This document shows, piece after piece, positions 50,294 to 60,754 of a DNA stretch of 64,000 bases. The stretch lies in assembly GCF_024298765.1 (NCBI RefSeq), contig NZ_CP101210.1. One strand, written 5' to 3'. The position numbers and the translations under genes were made by a program. The notes under the pieces are model-generated. The model was not told the origin of the DNA. It worked only from the letters and a program-made list of their open reading frames with translations, and searched no databases. Every line of letters begins with the position of its first letter. The first letter of the stretch is position 1. Source of the stretch: Escherichia coli (GTDB lineage: Bacteria > Pseudomonadota > Gammaproteobacteria > Enterobacterales > Enterobacteriaceae).

Positions 50294-51913
50294 ATGAAAA
50301 CAGCGCAGCGTACTTTATTTGCCGCAACATTGCTGACTATTTTTTCGACCTCAGTTATGGCGCAGGATGTCACGATTATTTATACCAATGATCTTCACGC
50401 CCATGTGGATTCCTATAAAGTACCATATGTCGCAGACGGAAAACGCGACATTGGTGGCTTTGCCAATATATCTACGTTAGTAAAACAAGAGAAAGCCAAA
50501 AATAAAGCCACTTTTTATTTTGATGCTGGAGACTATTTCACCGGGCCATATATCAGTAGCCTGACAAAGGGCGAAGCAATAATTGATATTATGAATACCA
50601 TGCCTTTTGACGCAGTATCAATCGGTAATCATGAGTTTGACCATGGCTGGGATAATGCCCTCCGACAATTAAGCAAAGCGAATTTCCCTGTTTTATTAGG
50701 CAATGTTTATCATAAAGAGAGTGAGAAACCCTTCTGGAACAAGCCCTACACCATCCTGGAAAAAGATGGCATCAGGATTGGTATTGTTGGGCTACACGGC
50801 GTATTTGCATTTAATGACACGGTCTCGGAGCTCTCTCTCCAGGGACTCGATAATGACAATAATAACCGATTTGATAAATCTTCCGCGACCCTCAAGAATC
50901 AGGGGATTGAAGCACGTGATGAAGTAAAGTATTTGCAGCATTATATCGACGAGTTACGTGATAAGGTTGACCTCACCGTGGCGCTGGTTCATGAAGGCGT
51001 ACCGGCGCGTCAGTCCAGCATTGGCAATACAGATGTTAGACGTGCGCTGGATAAAGATATTCAAACCGCAAGCAAGGTGAAAGGATTGGATATTCTGATT
51101 ACCGGGCATGCCCACGTCGGAACGCCAGAACCAATCAAAGTCGGCAACACCTTAATCCTTTCGACTGACAGTGGCGGTATCGATATTGGTAAATTAATCC
51201 TTGATGTCAACCCTACAGCTCGTACTCATAAAGTGAAGAGCTTTGAGCTGAAAACGGTTTATGCCGATGAATGGATACCCGATCCAACCACACAAAAAGT
51301 TATCAATGGCTGGAATAAAAAACTGGCGGATCTTGTACGCCAACCAGTCGGTGAATCATCGATTGCATTAACTCGTGCCTACGGTGAGTCATCGCAACTT
51401 GGCAACCTGTTTACCGATGCAATGCTTGTCGCTGCACCGACTGCACAAATTGCGTTGATAAACTCCGGCAGTTTACGTGCTGATATAAATGCAGGCACGA
51501 TTACCTTTGGTGACATTACCAGTACATTCCCCTTCAAGAATGAACTTACTGAAATGGATCTCAGCGGTAAGGATCTGCGTAACCTACTGGAACACGGGGC
51601 ATCGCTTACCAATGGCATCCTGCAAATGTCAAAAGGCGCAGAAATGCGCTATACCCTGCAGAAACCAGTAGGTCAGCGCATTGTATCTTTTAAAATTAAT
51701 GGTGAAGAGATCGTTGATACGAATATTTACCATGTTGCGACTACGACTTTCCTTGCACTTGGGGGCGATGGTTTTCTGGCATTCAAAGAAGGGAAAAATG
51801 TCCAGGTCCGCGCCGGAAATAACATGTCCAATGTCGTAATCGATTATTTTAAGAAAGGCCACAAGATTACTCCTGCACAGGTAAATGAAATGCGGGTAGA
51901 AGTAAGCAAATAA
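50294..51913 (+). CDS. secreted metallophosphoesterase / 5'-nucleotidase-family protein, paralogue C (with 20-aa net insertion)
   Basis: ORF 50288..51913. RBS aagga at 50283..50287 favours the ATG at 50294. Protein starts [37 protein letters not shown]... It has the same motif series and is closest to paralogue A. Confidence 0.88.
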   Translation: MKTAQRTLFAATLLTIFSTSVMAQDVTIIYTNDLHAHVDSYKVPYVADGKRDIGGFANISTLVKQEKAKNKATFYFDAGDYFTGPYISSLTKGEAIIDIMNTMPFDAVSIGNHEFDHGWDNALRQLSKANFPVLLGNVYHKESEKPFWNKPYTILEKDGIRIGIVGLHGVFAFNDTVSELSLQGLDNDNNNRFDKSSATLKNQGIEARDEVKYLQHYIDELRDKVDLTVALVHEGVPARQSSIGNTDVRRALDKDIQTASKVKGLDILITGHAHVGTPEPIKVGNTLILSTDSGGIDIGKLILDVNPTARTHKVKSFELKTVYADEWIPDPTTQKVINGWNKKLADLVRQPVGESSIALTRAYGESSQLGNLFTDAMLVAAPTAQIALINSGSLRADINAGTITFGDITSTFPFKNELTEMDLSGKDLRNLLEHGASLTNGILQMSKGAEMRYTLQKPVGQRIVSFKINGEEIVDTNIYHVATTTFLALGGDGFLAFKEGKNVQVRAGNNMSNVVIDYFKKGHKITPAQVNEMRVEVSK

Positions 51914-51989
51914 CAAAAACTTATAATACCATTCATTCACTGGATGACATTATTTCTCTCTAAATCAACAATATATAAGAGATATATTT

Positions 51990-52850
51990 ATGTATATAAA
52001 AAAGCACTGGATAGCTTTATCCATTCTATTAATACCTTGCATTGGAAACGCTCAGGAAATTAAAATTGATGAAAGCTGGTTACATCAAAGCTTGAATGTC
52101 ATTGGTCGCACAGACTCTCGCTTTGGCCCAAGACTGACTAACGACCTCTACCCTGAATATACTGTAGCAGGAAGAAAAGACTGGTTTGATTTTTATGGTT
52201 ATGTTGATCTACCAAAATTCTTTGGCGTCGGCAGTCACTATGATGTTGGGATCTGGGATGAGGGCTCACCACTATTTACGGAAATAGAACCTCGGTTTTC
52301 CATTGACAAATTGACCGGATTAAATCTTGCGTTCGGCCCATTTAAAGAATGGTTCATTGCAAACAACTATGTCTATGATATGGGTGACAACCAGTCATCC
52401 CGGCAAAGTACATGGTATATGGGGCTTGGTACAGATATCGACACGGGTCTACCAATTAAGCTTTCTGCCAATATATACGCCAAGTATCAGTGGCAAAACT
52501 ATGGTGCCGCTAATGAAAATGAATGGGACGGATATCGATTCAAAATAAAATATAGCATCCCTCTTACAAATTTATTCGGAGGGCGATTGGTATACAATAG
52601 TTTTACTAACTTTGATTTTGGCTCCGATCTTGCGGACAAGTCACACAATAATAAACGAACCAGTAATGCTATTGCTTCAAGCCATATCCTTTCCCTTCTA
52701 TATGAACACTGGAAATTTGCATTTACACTACGTTATTTTCACAACGGTGGACAATGGAATGCGGGAGAGAAGGTTAACTTCGGAGATGGTCCATTTGAAT
52801 TGAAAAATACAGGATGGGGAACCTATACTACTATTGGTTATCAATTTTAA
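51990..52850 (+). CDS. Tsx-family nucleoside-specific outer-membrane channel paralogue
   Basis: 286-aa ORF with a signal peptide ([23 protein letters not shown]). Long blocks are shared with E. coli Tsx as I recall it ([84 protein letters not shown]). It has a C-terminal aromatic residue ...IGYQF. Confidence 0.9.
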   Translation: MYIKKHWIALSILLIPCIGNAQEIKIDESWLHQSLNVIGRTDSRFGPRLTNDLYPEYTVAGRKDWFDFYGYVDLPKFFGVGSHYDVGIWDEGSPLFTEIEPRFSIDKLTGLNLAFGPFKEWFIANNYVYDMGDNQSSRQSTWYMGLGTDIDTGLPIKLSANIYAKYQWQNYGAANENEWDGYRFKIKYSIPLTNLFGGRLVYNSFTNFDFGSDLADKSHNNKRTSNAIASSHILSLLYEHWKFAFTLRYFHNGGQWNAGEKVNFGDGPFELKNTGWGTYTTIGYQF

Positions 52851-53027
52851 ATTAGGTGACATTTTAGATATTGTTACTTAATGTCATTTTGTAATTGTCA
52901 TTAATAACTTCACCATTCACTCTGTTACTTCATCGCTCAACACAAAAGCCCCCTTATTACCGGGGGCACTGACCAAAGGCAAAATGACAATCAATCACCA
53001 CTTCCCCAGGAAGAGGTTTAGGGGTGA

Positions 53028-53058
53028 CAACAAAAGCTGGCAACTGCCAGCTTTTGTT
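53028..53058. terminator. metL terminator (bidirectional-looking hairpin)
   Basis: aacaaaagctggca-a-ctgccagcttttgtt has A/T runs on both sides and lies 10 nt after the metL stop. Confidence 0.75.
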
Positions 53059-53067
53059 CAATAATCA

Positions 53068-55500
53068 CTACAACAACTGCGCCAGCCGGTTAATATCCGA
53101 CTGAATCGCCCCGGCGGTGACGTCGCGCCCTGCACCTGGCCCGCGGATCACCAGCGGGTTGTCGCGATACCAGCGGCTTTCGATGGCAAAGACGTTATCG
53201 CATGGCAGTAGTGATGCCAGCGGATGGTCTTCACGCACCGCTTCCACGCCCACACGCGCTTTGCCATTGGCATCGAAACGCGCCACGTAGCGCAGCACCA
53301 GCCCCATTTCGCGGGCCGCTTCCAGTCGTTGCACCATCTGCTCGTTAAGTTCATCGCCATTTTCAAAGAAATGGTCGATGCTGCCGCCTTCGCAATGGGC
53401 AGGTACCAGTGATTCAACACGTACCTGGTCCGGTTCAATGTTGTAACCCGCTTCACGCGCCAGAATCACCAGCTTGCGCATCACGTCTTTGCCGGAAAGG
53501 TCATCACGCGGGTCAGGCTCGGTTAAGCCCTGCTGCCACGCCTGATCCACCAGTTCGGTAAACGGCACGCTACCGTCGAATTGCAGGAACAGCCAGGAGA
53601 GCGTGCCAGAGAAGATCCCACTGATCGACAAAATGGTATCGCCGCTGTCGATCAGATCGCGCACGGTATGGTTGATCGGCAAACCCGCACCGACAGTGGC
53701 ATTGTACAGCCAGTGACGCCCGGTTTTTTCGAAGGCGTCGTGGATCTGGCGATATTTATTGCTGTCGCTGGCTCCTGCCAGTTTGTTGGCACTGATGACG
53801 TGGAAACCGTGGCTGGCGAAATCAAGATACTGGTCAGCGAGCTGCTGGCTGGCGGTAACGTCCAGCACCACTAAATCATCATACGGGTGGGCGCGCATCC
53901 ACAGGAACAGCGACTCTTCATCCTGCTCGACCGCTTCATCGTTGAAGAAGGCTAACGCGCGGCTGGCGTCCAGCCCGTCATAGCTCAACAGGCTGCGGCG
54001 GCTGTCCACCACGCCTGCCAGCACAAATTCAAAGCCGGTACGCGCCGAAAGCGTGCTCTGCTCACGGGCGAACAGTTCCAGCCAGCGGGAACCGATATTG
54101 CCCTTGCCGAACAATACCAGGCCGATGCGTTTTTCTGCGCGGAAGACGGACTGATGCAGCCCCTGAATCAGGCTTTCGGTCGGGCCGGTGCGCAGTACTG
54201 CCACCAGGCTGATGCCGTCATCGGACTGCCAGGTAAATTCGACCGGCTGGCCTTTCAGTTGCTGCCAGAAGCGGTGGCAATGCAGCGGGTTACGGGTGAC
54301 GCCTGCCCCAACCATCGCCACCAGCGCCAGCCCCTGACGCAGGCGCAGTTCGCCAGGTAATCCCGCTTCGTCGAGGATTTTCAGCGCACTGTCGGCCACT
54401 TCTGAGGTGTAGCAAAATTGCAGCAACTGGCGATCGTTATGCACGCCAACCGCCAGTGGGCGCACCTGAGCACGTTTCAGGATCTGGTCGATCTCTTTAT
54501 GCGTCAGTTTGAAATCCTGGCTGGCGGGCACCTGAAACTCAATCAAGCAGACATCATCATGGCTGGTGACAATACGCGCACCAGTACCGGAGGCCAGCAC
54601 GCGTTCAATGCGCGTGGAACCTTGATCCGGCGTGTAGCTACAGCGCAGTTGCAGGTCGATTTCGCTGCCAGAAACGGGCTGTAAAGTACGGGCATGAAGA
54701 ACGGGAGCCGCCAGACGCGCCAGTTCGCTGGCTTCATCCAGACGCAGCAACGGCAGCAGGCAGGCATCTTTCACTTTACGCGGGTCGGCGCTATATACCC
54801 CGGCGACGTCGCTCCAGATGGTTACGCGAGAAACACCCGCCAGCGCACCGATTTGTGTCGCGGAATAGTCGGAACCGTTACGCCCCAGCAGCACCGTTTC
54901 ACCGGCGTTGTTACAGCTGATAAACCCGGTCACCACCAGACGTTTGCCCGGATGTTGTACCAGTAGCTGTTGCAGCAACGGGTAAGAAAGTCCTTCATCA
55001 ACCTGCGGTTGCGCAGCGCGTTCAGCGCGTAAAAACTCGCGGGCATCAAGCCAGGCCGCTGGCAGCCCTTGTTGATTAAGCACCGCAGACATCAGGCGCG
55101 CCGACCACACTTCACCGTGGCCCACCACTTCCGCATACACCGCGTCGTTAATACCGCTGTCGAGCAACGCCGCCAGGCGCTCAAGATCGCTGACAAAAGC
55201 GCTAATGAGGCTATCGGCTTCTTCGGCGGGTAACAGGCCGCTAATCAGATCGCACTGATAGCGACGCAGCGTTTGTTGAACCTGATGCGCAGAGAGACGA
55301 TCGGTCTGGCTTAGTTTCAACCAGTTAATCAACTGGTTAGTGGTGCTACCGGCGGCGGAAACCACCATCATATCGTCAGGCTGAGAGTACTCCGCCATAA
55401 TGCCCGCGACACGCAAATAACACTTCACATCAGCCAGACTACTGCCACCAAATTTATGCAGTTGACGACCTTTCGCCCCTGCCTGCGCAATCACACTCAT
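53068..55500 (-). CDS. metL: bifunctional aspartokinase II / homoserine dehydrogenase II
   Basis: 810-aa ORF starting MSVIAQAGAKGRQLHKFGGSSLADVKCYLRVAGIMAEY... Confidence 0.97.
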   Translation of the reverse strand: MSVIAQAGAKGRQLHKFGGSSLADVKCYLRVAGIMAEYSQPDDMMVVSAAGSTTNQLINWLKLSQTDRLSAHQVQQTLRRYQCDLISGLLPAEEADSLISAFVSDLERLAALLDSGINDAVYAEVVGHGEVWSARLMSAVLNQQGLPAAWLDAREFLRAERAAQPQVDEGLSYPLLQQLLVQHPGKRLVVTGFISCNNAGETVLLGRNGSDYSATQIGALAGVSRVTIWSDVAGVYSADPRKVKDACLLPLLRLDEASELARLAAPVLHARTLQPVSGSEIDLQLRCSYTPDQGSTRIERVLASGTGARIVTSHDDVCLIEFQVPASQDFKLTHKEIDQILKRAQVRPLAVGVHNDRQLLQFCYTSEVADSALKILDEAGLPGELRLRQGLALVAMVGAGVTRNPLHCHRFWQQLKGQPVEFTWQSDDGISLVAVLRTGPTESLIQGLHQSVFRAEKRIGLVLFGKGNIGSRWLELFAREQSTLSARTGFEFVLAGVVDSRRSLLSYDGLDASRALAFFNDEAVEQDEESLFLWMRAHPYDDLVVLDVTASQQLADQYLDFASHGFHVISANKLAGASDSNKYRQIHDAFEKTGRHWLYNATVGAGLPINHTVRDLIDSGDTILSISGIFSGTLSWLFLQFDGSVPFTELVDQAWQQGLTEPDPRDDLSGKDVMRKLVILAREAGYNIEPDQVRVESLVPAHCEGGSIDHFFENGDELNEQMVQRLEAAREMGLVLRYVARFDANGKARVGVEAVREDHPLASLLPCDNVFAIESRWYRDNPLVIRGPGAGRDVTAGAIQSDINRLAQLL

Positions 55501-55502
55501 TT

Positions 55503-56663
55503 TTACCCCTTGTTTGCAGCCCGGAAGCCATTTTCCAGGTCGGCAATTAAATCTTCGCCATCTTCAATACCGGTGGAGATACGCAGCAGCGTCTCGGAGA
55601 TCCCGGCGGCAGCACGCGCTTCTGGTGCCATGCCTGCATGTGTCATGGTTGCGGCGTGAGAGATTAAACTTTCCACTCCCCCTAATGATTCCGCCAGCGT
55701 AAACAACGACAGCCCGCCCAGGAAACGACGCAGCGTGTGCTCATCGCCATCCAGTTCAAAACTCAACATTGCGCCAAAGCCTTTTTGCTGGCGCGCGGCA
55801 ATTTCATGCCCCTGATTTTCCGGCAGCGACGGGTGATACAGTTTTTTCACCAACGGCTGGGTTTGCAGATATTTCACAATCGCCTGCGCGTTGCGCTGGG
55901 CCAGCTCCATACGCGGCACCAGTGTTCGCAACCCGCGCAGCAGCAGATAGCTGTCAAACGCGCCGCCCGTCACGCCAATATTGTTTGCCCACCAGGCAAG
56001 TTCAGTGACAACGTCTGGATCTTTAGCAATCACCACGCCTGCCACCACGTCTGAGTGACCGTTCAGATATTTCGTACATGAATGCAACACCAGATCGGCA
56101 CCTAATGCCAGCGGATTTTGTAATGCCGGGCTTAAGAAGGTGTTATCCACCACACTCACCGCCCCGACTTCCCTTGCCAGATGGCAGATTTTCGCAATAT
56201 CCACGACGCGTAACAATGGATTACTTGGGCTTTCTACCAGTACCAGTTTGGGGTTTTCTGCCAGCGCTGCCCGTAATGCCTGTTCATCGCTTTGATCAAC
56301 AAACAACACGCGATAGCAACCGCGTTTCGCCAGACTGTCGAACAGGCGATAGCTGCCGCCATAGCAGTCGTGCGGCGCAACCAGCAGATCGCCCGGTTTC
56401 AAAAAGACGGTCGTTACCAGGTGAATCGCGGACATGCCGGTATTAGTAAGTACGGCACCAGCACCGCCTTCCAGTTCTGCCAGCGCACGCTGAACCACAT
56501 CGCGCGTTGGGTTGCCGCGCCGCGAGTAATCATGCGCGCGCGGTTCATTAAATCCGGTAAAGTTATAGGTGCTGGAAAGATGGATCGGTGGGACAACGCA
56601 ACCATACTGTTCGTCGTCATTTAACCCGCTACGCACTGCGATGGTGGCCTGTTTACGCGTCAT
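55503..56663 (-). CDS. metB: cystathionine gamma-synthase
   Basis: ORF 55503..56840. The ATG at 56663 gives MTRKQATIAVRSGLNDDEQYGCVVPPIHLSSTYNF..., 386 aa, with PLP-lysine context HSCTKYLNGHSD. The 59-codon upstream extension runs through the operator region and is rejected. Confidence 0.95.
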   Translation of the reverse strand: MTRKQATIAVRSGLNDDEQYGCVVPPIHLSSTYNFTGFNEPRAHDYSRRGNPTRDVVQRALAELEGGAGAVLTNTGMSAIHLVTTVFLKPGDLLVAPHDCYGGSYRLFDSLAKRGCYRVLFVDQSDEQALRAALAENPKLVLVESPSNPLLRVVDIAKICHLAREVGAVSVVDNTFLSPALQNPLALGADLVLHSCTKYLNGHSDVVAGVVIAKDPDVVTELAWWANNIGVTGGAFDSYLLLRGLRTLVPRMELAQRNAQAIVKYLQTQPLVKKLYHPSLPENQGHEIAARQQKGFGAMLSFELDGDEHTLRRFLGGLSLFTLAESLGGVESLISHAATMTHAGMAPEARAAAGISETLLRISTGIEDGEDLIADLENGFRAANKG

Positions 56664-56723
56664 GTGATGAAGTTCCCTGGGCTTGGTCGGTGAAATGTCA
56701 GGCACCAGAGTAAACATTGTGTT

Positions 56724-56754
56724 AATGGACGTCAACACATCTGGACATCTAAAC
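56724..56754. promoter_or_regulatory. MetJ operator (met boxes) in the divergent metB/metJ region
   Basis: The minus strand reads tagatgtccagatgtgttgacgtccat, with tandem 8-bp AGACGTCT-like repeats. Confidence 0.7.
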
Positions 56755-56939
56755 TTCTTTGCGTATAGATTGAGCAAATCCCAAATAGCCGTTAAAATTA
56801 TATGCATTATCACGCCGACAGGTGCATTACACGATGTCACGGTAACGCCTGTACGGTAAACTATGCGGGTTTACGGTCAGTACCCATATTAATTGTGTGG
56901 TCTGGCCTCAATTTATTGACGAAGAGGATTAAGTATCTC

Positions 56940-57257
56940 ATGGCTGAATGGAGCGGCGAATATATCAGCCCATACGCTGAGCACGGCAAGAAGAGTGAAC
57001 AAGTCAAAAAAATTACGGTTTCCATTCCTCTTAAGGTGTTAAAAATCCTCACCGATGAACGCACGCGTCGTCAGGTGAACAACCTGCGTCACGCGACCAA
57101 CAGCGAGCTGCTGTGCGAAGCGTTTCTGCATGCCTTTACCGGGCAACCTTTGCCGGATGATGCCGACCTGCGTAAAGAGCGCAGCGACGAAATTCCGGAG
57201 GCGGCAAAAGAGATCATGCGTGAGATGGGGATTAACCCGGAGACGTGGGAATACTAA
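56940..57257 (+). CDS. metJ: methionine repressor (ribbon-helix-helix)
   Basis: ORF 56802..57257. The ATG at 56940 gives [58 protein letters not shown]..., 105 aa. Confidence 0.96.
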
Positions 57258-57263
57258 AGCGGA

Positions 57264-57297
57264 AAAGAGCGGCGCGGAGTTAACCAGCCGCTTTTTT
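57264..57297 (+). terminator. metJ intrinsic terminator
   Basis: aaaagagcggc...gccgc followed by tttttt. Confidence 0.65.
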
Positions 57298-57316
57298 CAT
57301 ACATGGACGTTTAACG

Positions 57317-57925
57317 ATGAAAATCAGGCTACTGATTCTCAGCCTGCTGGTTTCTGTGCCTGCCTTTGCCTGGCAGCCGCAAACTGGCGACATCATCTTT
57401 CAAATCTCTCGCTCATCGCAAAGTAAAGCGATCCAACTGGCGACCCATTCCGATTACAGCCACACCGGTATGCTGGTGATACGCAACAAAAAGCCCTACG
57501 TTTTTGAAGCGGTCGGCCCGGTAAAATACACCCCACTCAAGCAGTGGATCGCCCATGGTGAAAAGGGCAAATACGTTGTTCGCCGCGTTGAAGGCGAACT
57601 GAGTGTTGAACAACAGCAAAAACTGGCGCAAACGGCAAAACGTTATCTCGGTAAACCGTATGACTCCAGCTTCTCGTGGAGCGACGATCGCCAGTACTGT
57701 TCGGAAGTGGTTTGGAAGGTTTATCAGAACGCGCTGGGAATGCGCGTGGGCAAACAGCAAAAGTTGAAAGAGTTCGACCTTAGTAACCCGCAGGTTCAGG
57801 CAAAGCTCAAAGAACGCTACGGCAAAAATATTCCGCTTGAGGAAACGGTGGTCTCGCCACAAGCCGTTTTCGATGCGCCACAACTCACCACGGTCGCCAA
57901 AGAATGGCCGCTGTTTTCGTGGTAA
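57317..57925 (+). CDS. yiiX: secreted permuted-papain-fold (NlpC/P60-like, DUF830) protein
   Basis: 202-aa ORF starting MKIRLLILSLLVSVPAFAWQPQTGDIIFQ..., with a signal peptide and Cys context RQYCSEVVW. Confidence 0.88.
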   Translation: MKIRLLILSLLVSVPAFAWQPQTGDIIFQISRSSQSKAIQLATHSDYSHTGMLVIRNKKPYVFEAVGPVKYTPLKQWIAHGEKGKYVVRRVEGELSVEQQQKLAQTAKRYLGKPYDSSFSWSDDRQYCSEVVWKVYQNALGMRVGKQQKLKEFDLSNPQVQAKLKERYGKNIPLEETVVSPQAVFDAPQLTTVAKEWPLFSW

Positions 57926-57944
57926 TACGACCAAAATTCAGGCA

Positions 57945-57972
57945 CAAAAAAAGCGCCGTGCGGCGCTTTTTT
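57945..57972. terminator. bidirectional terminator between convergent yiiX and rpmE
   Basis: aaaaaaagcgccgtgcggcgctttttt is a GC stem flanked by an A-run and a T-run. Confidence 0.8.
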
Positions 57973-57985
57973 CGGAAATCCGGTC

Positions 57986-58237
<252 letters not shown>

Positions 58238-58241
58238 CTAA

Positions 58242-60599
<2,358 letters not shown>

Positions 60600-60661
60600 T
60601 GCGCTCACGATGCGAGGCGGATCGAAAAATTCAATATTCATCACACTTTTCATGAAAATTC

Positions 60662-60677
60662 TGTAACCGTTTTCACG
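60662..60677 (+). promoter_or_regulatory. CRP-type site in the cytR promoter region
   Basis: tgtaaccgttttcacg (TGTAA-N6-TCACG) lies about 80 bp upstream of the cytR start. cytR is known to be CRP-activated and autoregulated. Confidence 0.5.
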
Positions 60678-60754
60678 CGCTATCTGCTAAAAATGTTGCC
60701 GATGTGAAGTAAACATGGATGTAGTACGCCTGACGTGCCAGGCGAGGAGTGAGT

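Noticed and set aside
55503-56840. N-terminally extended ORF versions in the six-frame track: metB 445 aa, priA 768 aa, coaA 368 aa, fabR 247 aa, pflC 315 aa, katG 739 aa, eptC 592 aa, and ManD-like 424 aa.
   Set aside because: The internal starts reproduce the known protein N-termini, have better RBS spacing, and leave the operator and promoter elements in non-coding DNA.
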